In this document: positions 1-7,720 of the stretch, one piece after another
Layout of the letters: every line of letters begins with the position of its first letter
Position numbering within the stretch: position 1 is the stretch's first letter
From: Andalucia godoyi And28
Taxonomy: Eukaryota > Protista > Jakobida
Length of the DNA: 11,705 nucleotides
Assembly: GCA_009859145.1 (NCBI GenBank)
Contig: VRVR01000063.1
Span: 1 to 11,705, forward strand
Direction of reading: 5' to 3'
The notes under the pieces: model-generated
What the model saw: only the letters and a program-made list of their open reading frames with translations
Told to the model about the DNA's origin: nothing
Databases searched by the model: none
Position numbers and translations under genes: made by a program

Positions 1-2
1 GT

Positions 3-3000
3 GGACAGGCGAAGAATGTCGCTACGGGTCCTGCCGAGGCAACAGTTCCTCGGATCCAAGTCACTCTTCGCGGAATTGATGGTACCATCTGTTGCTCGGC
101 CTTGTTGGATACGGGGGCGTCAGCAAACTTCATGTCTCCCACGGTCCTATCTGCAATGCTTCCGCTGGGAGTAACACTTCGCAAGTCTTCTCGGGAGTTC
201 ACTGTCGCGTCTGGACAGAAAGTTGGTTCCTTGGAAGATGTCATCTGTCCCATGCAGGTGAAATGCTGTGCCACCCCGGGACTGAAGCGAGATTTGGAAA
301 TCGATACCACCTTTTCTGTGATGGATACCGGAGAGGAGCTGATTCTCGGTTTTCCATTTCTTCAATCCAGTGGTCTTCTGACCATTCTGTCCGCAACCGT
401 CTCAACAGAGGCAGTTGACGAAACTCCATTTGATTCAGCCTTCCCTTCGGAAGACGGTGGCGAGGTTCACATCGAGAAGGGTCCACTCCATGAGGATCTG
501 GTGGGACTGTGCAACGAGTTTGCCGATCTTTTCGATGACATGTCCAGCAAGTCCGCGGACGTCATTCCGATGACGATCACATTGAAGGAGAATGCATCGC
601 CACGCGCCGTGCCGCCCCGACGTCTTTCCCCGGAAAATCAGGAAGTCGTTGCGCGTCAACTTCAGGACCTGCTGCAGAAGGGAATCATCCGCCCTTCAAA
701 TTCACCGTATGCTTCTCCTATTGTGCTCGTCCGCAAAGATGGGAAGGACCCTCGATTGTGTGTTGACTACACTCAGATCAACTCCTGCACAGTCGATCTC
801 AAGTACCCCCTCCAGAACGCAAAGGAACTGCTGGATCGTATGGCAGGAAAGAAAATCTTTGCTTCGCTCGACCTGAAATCGGGTTTCCACCAGATGCCTC
901 TGGACGAGAAATCAATTCCCTTGACTAGTTTTGCGACGAGCCACGGCTTGTTCGAATACACTCGAGTACCTTTTGGTTTGAAGAATGCACCGCCGTTCTT
1001 CCAAAGGGCAATGAATAATGTCCTCGCAGGACTAGTTGGAAATGGATGCGAGGTGTTTATCGACGACATCGCAGTTTACGGAAAGGACAATGTGGAATTT
1101 CTCCGGAACCTGCGTGCAGTGTTCGAGCGTCTTCGTGCCCACAATCTGAAGTTGAAGCGTGCAAAGTGCAAACTTGGTCTCCAGGAAATGGTGTACGTCG
1201 GCCATCTTGTGAATGGCGACGGCATCCGTTTGACAGATGAACGGAAACAAGGGTTGCTGAAGTTGCAACCTCCAAAGACGACTGCTCACCTGCGGTCCTT
1301 CATGGGACTTGCGAACTACATGAGATCTTTCGTCCCACACTTCTCCGAAATCGCCAAACCGCTCAACCGGTTGTGTTCAGACAAGGTTGCATTCGCCTGG
1401 GACGAGAAATGTGAAGCTGCTTTCGCTGCAATCAAATCCGCAATCTCCGCATCCTCAGTGCTCCATCATCTGGACTACACGCACCCGATAGTGTTGCGGA
1501 CCGACGCATCCACTGTTGGAATTGGCGGTACCCTTTTGCAACGCATTCATGGAGACGAACGTCCGGTATGCTATTTGAGCAGGGCCTTTACTCCTGCGGA
1601 AAGTCGGTGGTCGACGATCGAGCAGGAAGCGTTCGCAGTTTATTTCTGCGTCACGTCGTTATCCCACTACCTTTTGGGACACAACTTTATTGTGGAAACG
1701 GACCACAGAAACTTGCTCTATCTTGAGAAGTCTGTGGTTCCTAAGCTGATCCGGTGGCGACTCCGCCTCCAAGAGTATGATTTCACAATCACTCACATCC
1801 CCGGATCAAGCAATGTTGTTGCTGACGCCCTCTCTCGATGCCTTGCAATCTCCGAAACCCACGATCAGGTAATCAAAGAGGTGCACAATTGTGTCATGGG
1901 ACACCGCGGCGTCCAAGCCACAATGAAATTGTTACGAGATCAGAACTGCGTCTGGCCTTCGATGCAAGCGGACGTGGAGAACTTCGTCAAATCATGTGCT
2001 ACTTGCCAGAAGATGCGAAATTGTTCTGACCGCCCTGGTGATACCTTCTCAACTACCGTTGTTGAGGAGCCATTCCATTCCATCGCCATTGATACGGTTG
2101 GGCCGCTGCCTACCGATTCCGAAGGCTACAAGTATATCCTTGTCGCAGTGGATTGTTTTTCCAGATTCGCAGAACTGCGCGCCACCAAGAGAGCCACTGC
2201 GGAAGAAGCCGCTTCTTTTCTTGTTGAACTCTTTGGCCGCTATGGAGCGCCAAAGTATCTTCGCTCCGACCAAGGAGCACAGTTTGTCGCCTCAGTGATC
2301 CAACAGTTCTTGTCTGCTGTTGGCACTCGCCCCGCGTACACGATCGCGTACCGCCCACAAAGCAACGGCATTGTGGAACGTGCCAACGGGGAGGTGGGGA
2401 GACACTTGCGATCCATCGTCATGGACCGTCGGCTCTCTGAGAATTGGCATACTGCCCTGCCTTTTGTTCAGAGAATCTTGAACTCGACAGTCCATTCGGC
2501 CATCGGCACCTCCCCGTCGCGGCTGCTCTTCGGTGACGCTGTGAACTTGGAACGGGAACTGGTGAAGGATACTACTGAATCGGAACCGGAATCGGTAGAG
2601 GTTTCCGAATATGTGAGGAAGCTAACAGCGATTCAGAAAGTTGCTGTATCGGCAAGTCAGGAACATCAGAGATCTGTCGTTGCGAAACGACTGAAGTCAT
2701 CTCAGCATCCGATAACTTTTGAACCAGGAGATTATGTTCTCGTGAGCTATCCGGAAAGAGCACCGTCTAAATTGGCACCGACCTGGAAAGGCCCGATGTT
2801 GATCATCGCCCGACTTGAGAACCTCTATACGTGCCAGGATCTCGTAACACAAAAGACGCATGATTTCCATGTCTCACGCTTGAAAGAATATCGCATGGAC
2901 TCCACTGAAGATCCTCTGTCGATTGCCCAGGTAGACTCAGATGAGTACCAGGTGGAATGTTTGGTGGAACACCGTGGAAAGAAAAAGAAAGATGTCGAAT

Positions 3001-3119
3001 TTCGTGTCCGTTGGAAAGGATACTCCAACGAGGACGATTCGTGGCTGCCCTACAAAGAGGTTCGAGATCTTGAGGCGCTTGATGCATATCTTGCGTTGCA
3101 CCCTGGCCTCAAGCTCTGA
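3..3119 (+). CDS. pol: Pol polyprotein (aspartic protease, reverse transcriptase, RNase H, integrase, chromodomain), 5'-partial
   Basis: Frame is open from base 3 (GQAKNV...), so the TTG at 102 is not the real start. Motifs: protease ALLDTGAS; RT LDLKSGFHQ, PFGLKNAP and FIDD (1056-1067); RNase H TDAS, EQEA, TDH and ADALSR; integrase zinc finger H(1884)-H(1902)-C(1995)-C(2004); catalytic core IDTVGPLP / SDQGAQF / PQSNGIVER; GPY/F-like WKGPM; C-terminal chromodomain. No internal stop or frameshift. Confidence 0.97.
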   Translation, partial: GQAKNVATGPAEATVPRIQVTLRGIDGTICCSALLDTGASANFMSPTVLSAMLPLGVTLRKSSREFTVASGQKVGSLEDVICPMQVKCCATPGLKRDLEIDTTFSVMDTGEELILGFPFLQSSGLLTILSATVSTEAVDETPFDSAFPSEDGGEVHIEKGPLHEDLVGLCNEFADLFDDMSSKSADVIPMTITLKENASPRAVPPRRLSPENQEVVARQLQDLLQKGIIRPSNSPYASPIVLVRKDGKDPRLCVDYTQINSCTVDLKYPLQNAKELLDRMAGKKIFASLDLKSGFHQMPLDEKSIPLTSFATSHGLFEYTRVPFGLKNAPPFFQRAMNNVLAGLVGNGCEVFIDDIAVYGKDNVEFLRNLRAVFERLRAHNLKLKRAKCKLGLQEMVYVGHLVNGDGIRLTDERKQGLLKLQPPKTTAHLRSFMGLANYMRSFVPHFSEIAKPLNRLCSDKVAFAWDEKCEAAFAAIKSAISASSVLHHLDYTHPIVLRTDASTVGIGGTLLQRIHGDERPVCYLSRAFTPAESRWSTIEQEAFAVYFCVTSLSHYLLGHNFIVETDHRNLLYLEKSVVPKLIRWRLRLQEYDFTITHIPGSSNVVADALSRCLAISETHDQVIKEVHNCVMGHRGVQATMKLLRDQNCVWPSMQADVENFVKSCATCQKMRNCSDRPGDTFSTTVVEEPFHSIAIDTVGPLPTDSEGYKYILVAVDCFSRFAELRATKRATAEEAASFLVELFGRYGAPKYLRSDQGAQFVASVIQQFLSAVGTRPAYTIAYRPQSNGIVERANGEVGRHLRSIVMDRRLSENWHTALPFVQRILNSTVHSAIGTSPSRLLFGDAVNLERELVKDTTESEPESVEVSEYVRKLTAIQKVAVSASQEHQRSVVAKRLKSSQHPITFEPGDYVLVSYPERAPSKLAPTWKGPMLIIARLENLYTCQDLVTQKTHDFHVSRLKEYRMDSTEDPLSIAQVDSDEYQVECLVEHRGKKKKDVEFRVRWKGYSNEDDSWLPYKEVRDLEALDAYLALHPGLKL
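2943..3092 (+). other. Chromodomain at the integrase C-terminus
   Basis: EYQVECLVEHRG...FRVRWKGYSNEDDSWLP matches the chromodomain consensus. Cage aromatics Y (2946), W (3012) and Y (3021) are all present. Confidence 0.9.
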
Positions 3120-3126
3120 GAGGCAA
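3118..3126 (+). promoter_or_regulatory. Putative polypurine tract (short, degenerate), overlapping the pol stop codon
   Basis: GAGAGGCAA lies immediately before the TG at 3127 that starts the LTR candidate. Position fits a PPT, but it is only 9 nt with one C. Confidence 0.5.
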
Positions 3127-3180
3127 TGTGGTGAGTCAACGACTGTAGTTGACAGCCACGGGGTTTCGCGCTTGTGTGCA

Positions 3181-3260
3181 TGTTTGTTTGTTTGTTTGTT
3201 TGTTTTGTTTGTTATTTTGTTTGTTTTGTTTTGTTTTATTTTTCCTTTCGTTTTCTTTGT
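3181..3260 (+). repeat. (TGTT)n microsatellite decaying into a T-rich tract, inside the LTR
   Basis: Six perfect TGTT units at 3181-3204, followed by degenerate TGTTT/TTTT units. Confidence 0.9.
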
Positions 3261-3273
3261 GTCCAATTATTGA

Positions 3274-3279
3274 AATAAA
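3274..3279 (+). promoter_or_regulatory. Polyadenylation signal in the LTR
   Basis: AATAAA located ~55 nt before the inferred LTR end. Confidence 0.55.
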
Positions 3280-4138
3280 AACAGTAGTGCTTTATATTTC
3301 AATATTTCTTTTATTTGGCACCACGTCGCCACACTCCGCATTTCCCGAGGGAACTGCTGAAACCACCTGTCCTTCAACTCTACAGAGTCGAAACATCGTT
3401 GTTTTGGACTACCCTCGCTGGAGTACTTTCTTCCCGACAACCTGTAAAAGCAAGAAAGAATGAAGAGGCTTCGGTACGACACAAGATTGGAATCCAGATT
3501 CCATGCGCGACAGTGAGATGTGAATGAGCCCCACAAGATCCAGGATGCAGCCGCTATTCTGACGTCCCGTGCTTCAACAGAATGCAACTGTCAGCCAAAA
3601 TTATGGAAATCGATGTCGCTTGATGCAGTCAAGACACAGACAATCTGCGCAAGACCAAGAGCACTGCGCGCATTCAGATAGTGTGGAAAGAAAAAAACAG
3701 AAAGGGAAGAATGAAAGCCGGTAAAGTCATTTATGAAGTTGATACACTTGCCCTTTGAACTGAACACCGCGCCACACCTCAGAACGCATGATGTGATCCA
3801 GTGAGATGCAAACCTCCGCCCAATCCTGGGAGCAGAACCGAAGGGTGGAAAGCATGTCTGAAGTTGCATGATAATTCGCTTCTCTTGGGACATCGACGGA
3901 CAACATCAAGTACAAATAAACGAATTCTTAAACATCCATGGCAGGTGACAAAACCTCGTTTCTCACACCATCAGCGTTTCCTGCCAGCCTGTCCATTGAT
4001 CAAAGCCACCATTGGACCGTTTCTGAGGAACTAATGTCGATGAAAGGACTTTTGAGACGCTCCAGAGCATCTCCGAGGATTTGAACACGACCCGGACAAA
4101 CGATGTCCAATAGGTTTAGGAGGAAATTGTGATAACAC

Positions 4139-4236
4139 CTAAAATAAAAATAAAAACTTACCTACTTTTTATTATACGAAAGAAAATAAAGAAAAACAAC
4201 AAAAAGGAAAAAACAAGAGAAGAAAGAGAGAGAGAC
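4139..4236 (-). other. Long polypyrimidine tract ending in a splice-acceptor-like TTTTAG|G, containing an AG|GTAAGT donor-like site
   Basis: Minus strand reads (TC)n-T-rich...AAGTAG GTAAGTTTTTATTTTTATTTTAG GTG. Confidence 0.5.
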
Positions 4237-4239
4237 CGT

Positions 4240-5076
4240 TGGACAATTCCAAACGGTATTGTGACTACGGTCGCTGTACCGTTCATCACAAAATGGCAGG
4301 GGTAAATTTCAACAAACATTTCATTGCAAATTGTGCCGTGTTACAGCATCAGTTTATTTGGAGATTCCATCAGAATGACACAGAACTTCAGCAGAGAGTA
4401 ACCGTTGTTCGGGGTCCCATGCCCTATCGGCAAGCTGGAAAATTCGTCATGTTTTTTCAGAACAATTTTCTTCAGGGATGCAGATGATTGTCAGAGTTAT
4501 GCCATAACCCTCGACAAGTGCCTGGTTTTTGCCACCTTCGTTGAAAGACACGCTCAATGATTTGCCTTTCTTCTTGCCATGCCAACGAGGATCGCTAGAA
4601 GCCCAGCTGTCGAAATGGCTTGAACCACAACTGATATTGCTGGTTGTGGGAATATGAAAGGGGTCCGGATATCAACAACCGCAAGAACGATGATATGCGA
4701 AACCAAAACACAGCTTTCGTAAACGGCACATGAGAAGGCTCACGGATAACGATTGATTCAGTAAAAATAGACCAGCTGTTTTGCTTGGACACATGTCATC
4801 TGAGCAACGAACAATGCAAAGAACCGAAGGCATGCAGCCACTTCTGGGGTGCTCTGGAAGGATCACGGACTGGAATGGTTTAGCTGCCACAGAGCACTGT
4901 GGATGGCAACGGATCGCACACGCCCCAAAGAGATCCGAAACAGAATACCGATCCGCCGATCACTTTCCTCCTCGCAGCAGCGCGGTTCCTGCTACTACAG
5001 ACACAGAGATATTGGAAAACTGGATGGTTTTTCCCGTTGGTCAATGACGGGCAGTCCTGCTTGCCTTTTCGCTCAT
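4240..5076 (-). pseudogene. Decayed paralog of the four-TM membrane protein gene at 7721-8746
   Basis: Blocks match the intact protein in colinear order: GTALLRG (4969-4989) vs GTALLKG; VAIHSA..NHSS vs FAILSA..NDYSS; IIVLAVVD (4671-4694) vs EIVLAVLD; TAGLLAILVGMA vs NAGQLLGMVIGFA; KFC (4380-4388) vs KFC; EIYPCHFVMNG (4278-4310) vs DVQPFASIMAG. Several in-frame stops (e.g. TGA at 4863-4865, 4758-4760, 4740-4742) and at least one frameshift. Ends are approximate. Confidence 0.55.
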
Positions 5077-5172
5077 TTCCACGCGGATTCTAAAGTCAAT
5101 TTCACCGCAGTTTTGCGTGTTCCTTTTCTCTGTTTTTCATTGTACTTTTCTTCTAACAACTAACAAAAGAAA

Positions 5173-5682
5173 ATGAAAACCATTCGGCCTTACAACGAGA
5201 AGACGGCGTGCTGCGCCCGCATTTATTGCCTCCTATGCTGCCTCCCTACCTGTGGGTTTGGCATGCAAAAGTGCTACCTGACGGAGTTGGACAATCCCAG
5301 TTGCTGTGACCGCATCACTTGCAACTGTTGTTGCTGTGGTGGTCTCGCGGACTGCTGTTGCAATGCCAACGACTTGGTCCGAGAGCACAATTCTCGTGCT
5401 CGTGGCAAGCACACGGAGGCAAACCAGCAGGCGATGGCAAATTACATGCAAGCCCAACAGCAGCACCAAATGCAGTCTCCTCCTGTTCAGGCACCTCCAA
5501 TGCAGCAGGCACCGCAGATGTACTCGCCACCTGTGCAGAACATGGCTCCTCAGATGTACGACCCGCAGCCTGCCAATTACATGCAGGCGCCAATGTACAA
5601 CACGGCTCCCATGTATGCTTCTGAACAGCCGACGCATAATGCTGGTGTGCAGATGCAGTATCCGCAGCAGCGGATGTACTGA
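5173..5682 (+). CDS. Cys-rich, divergent TM2-domain-like protein with a Q/P/M/Y-rich low-complexity tail (169 aa)
   Basis: ATG after an A-rich context, TGA stop. IYCLLCCLPTCGFGMQKCYL resembles the TM2 pattern AYLLWFFLGxFGxHRFYL, and GGLAD...LVREHN resembles the TM2 end GWLxD...IPxxVxxxN. 17 Cys in residues 13-63. Tail has repeated APQMY/APMY and ANYMQA units. The family call is by eye. Confidence 0.8.
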   Translation: MKTIRPYNEKTACCARIYCLLCCLPTCGFGMQKCYLTELDNPSCCDRITCNCCCCGGLADCCCNANDLVREHNSRARGKHTEANQQAMANYMQAQQQHQMQSPPVQAPPMQQAPQMYSPPVQNMAPQMYDPQPANYMQAPMYNTAPMYASEQPTHNAGVQMQYPQQRMY

Positions 5683-7720
5683 GATCCATGCTCTTCTGTA
5701 ACCGATGGGTATGAGAAACTAAAATAAAGCACAGAAACGAAGCTCAAAACACGTAAACGGCAGTGCGGCGGGCCATCACAATGCGTGGATCATCTGACGC
5801 TACGTCACGCAACGAATGAATACTGGAGTTGGCCGGCACGAGATTCTACTGGTTTGCACTGAGAGAATCAGTCAGAAAAGAGGACCCCACAAGTTGTGGG
5901 TGTGCTTTACATGAACAAATGGGCCGGGACAAACTTTGCAAAGTCGCCGATTCGTATTCTTGTTCTGCACGTTGAATCACACCTCTCTTGTGAAGCCTTT
6001 GAACGAAATGCATTTCATAAGCATCAAGAATTGAAGGTTCCCTATTATTTGGTGCCCCGCAAAACCTAGCTTATGGATCCCAAGTGCTTGAAAATAGATT
6101 GCAGGAATCACACCGAAAGGAGCTCGGCGGCTGCATCGTACGCAACCTGAATTGGTGAAATCACTGGAGACCATGGGAGACCCTCGAAAGGAAGAAATGC
6201 TTGAATGAAGTGAATGCCGCAAACTATTTGGAAGTGCACGTTTCGCAATCCAAGACTGGAAAATCAAACTTTTGGCACAGTGTTTAACATTTCAAGCTTT
6301 ATCACTCTACATAGAAGTTCATGATTCAGAAGCATTTATCCTATCAATCAGACCGTCACTGATTCGTCGAGCAACTGAAACGGGAATGTGCAGAGAAAGT
6401 CTCTCCAGACGAGCAAAATACACAGAGAATAGTGTGGCATCCTTCATGTTGATAGACCTGGTTGCAATGACATTTTCCGGGGACGTTTGATAAGAGACAG
6501 AGTGCTGGTTGAGGTGACACACCATTTGGAAGACAAATCGTCCATGTTGTTCACTATCACCGAAATCAACCCTCACATAATGGAAGCAATGTTTACCGAA
6601 CCTCTGAATAGGCCAACTGATTCCGATACCAATCAGCGACGCTTCATAAGCTTGCGTTAGAATGCATGCAATACTCAGACAAAGGATGCTGAAGACAACT
6701 ACCAAAAGAAAAGGCTTCGTTAAGTGATTAACGACACCGCATTAGTTTGCGACCAACACCGAAAAAGCAGAAACTGCAACAGAAGTTTATCAGTATTTAG
6801 ATTTTTGAAATGAAGAGGCACCACTGAGGCTGCTGAGAAAAGCACCCACTGCCGTGGTGCAAAGACGTGTTTAGAATTTGAAGCTTGGTCTGACAACCGA
6901 GGCGTGGGAATCCTGCCCGAACAAAGTCGCAGAGAAGGTAATATGTCTGTAACCAGAAAACCAGAACATGAGCCAGTTGCGGCTGTCACAGCTGGGACGC
7001 CTTCCAGTGTAAATTCTCAACGAACAAGACATGCATCAAACACCCCACTCCAATAGACACATATGGATGGGCAGCTCCTCATCGGCTCCATTGTCTCATA
7101 CCTCGAGCGAGCCACAGACTCGAGCTGGTGCAGATACATACAGTCTGGGGTTGGCCTTGAGAGGGCGGGCGAAACGCGGTCGATAATCAATTGCTCCCAA
7201 TGCTGGAATGAAGTGTGAGATCAGGGAACTCAACGCAGCTAAAAACCAGCCATGACTTGGAAGCTCTTTGCACAATCGCCGTTGCACAAAGAATGGGCGG
7301 GGAATGAAAACTCACCATCACCTCATCACCACTTTTTTCTCTATCTGTGACACAACAGGAAGCACAAAAAAACAGTAGAAAAAAGTGAGTAAAGAACGTG
7401 ATGGTGAGGACATAAACTGCATTATGCGGGTTGCTGATTGGGATTGACATTTCACCGCATCCGCGATCTCCTCAACGATCCATAACCATAAAACAGACTT
7501 TTTGCTTCCACACGGACACCCATGTTTTCCCCACACACTCGACTGACCGCGATTCTCCGCCAGTCGCCCAAAACATCGCTTAAGATCGCCTTTTCTTTGT
7601 CGGTGCTGCTGCTCCCACTGATTTTCTGTTCCTTTTCGATTCCTTCTTTTCTGTCATTTCTACTTCATTTGATTTCTTTTTTCCTTCTTTTACAGCTCCT
7701 TCTCTCCTCAAGACTGCAGA

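Larger units (their letters stand above)
1..3333 (+). mobile_element. Ty3/gypsy LTR retrotransposon with integrase chromodomain (chromovirus type); 5' part (gag, PBS, 5' LTR) lies outside the window
   Basis: Domain order PR-RT-RH-IN-chromodomain is diagnostic of Ty3/gypsy. The pol stop is followed by a short purine run and a TG...CA-bounded LTR candidate. Confidence 0.95.
3127..3333 (+). repeat. 3' LTR (~207 bp)
   Basis: Starts TGTGGTGA and ends TCGCCACA (terminal inverted repeat, 7/8 match, TG...CA). Contains AATAAA and sits directly after pol and the PPT. The 5' LTR and target-site duplication are not in the window, so the boundaries are inferred. Confidence 0.75.

Noticed and set aside
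3316-3333. TGGCACCACG... as a possible primer-binding site, or an alternative LTR end at CACCA (3323)
   Set aside because: No CA-ended LTR immediately precedes it, and it lacks the T-stem complement expected of a tRNA 3' end. The 3127/3333 boundaries give the better inverted repeat (7/8).
2937-3463. ORFs running through the LTR microsatellite (2937-3266 -, 2941-3273 +, 3149-3463 +)
   Set aside because: Their hydrophobic or K/Q/T/N-rich translations simply reflect the (TGTT)n repeat.
3735-3790. SEVWRGVQFKGQ resembling the kinase subdomain I/II sequence GEVWRG
   Set aside because: No GxGxxG loop, VAxK lysine, HRD or DFG motifs nearby.
4740-4865. Three in-frame TGA codons at plausible Trp positions, and TAG aligned to Gln at 10918-10920, suggested a non-standard genetic code
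   Set aside because: The same regions also have frameshifts and TAA stops. The intact paralog and 1,000+ codons of pol use no internal stops, and three intact ORFs end at TGA. Pseudogene decay is the simpler explanation.
5173-5400. PLAC8 or CYSTM assignment for the Cys-rich protein
   Set aside because: No CxxxxxCPC or QxxRE(L)K motif, and the Cys-rich part is N-terminal (opposite to CYSTM). The TM2 pattern fits better.
5233-5701. Four additional >100-aa ORFs overlapping the 5173 gene on both strands
   Set aside because: Shadow ORFs caused by stop-poor CAG/CCN/ATG/TGC codon composition; no independent protein features.
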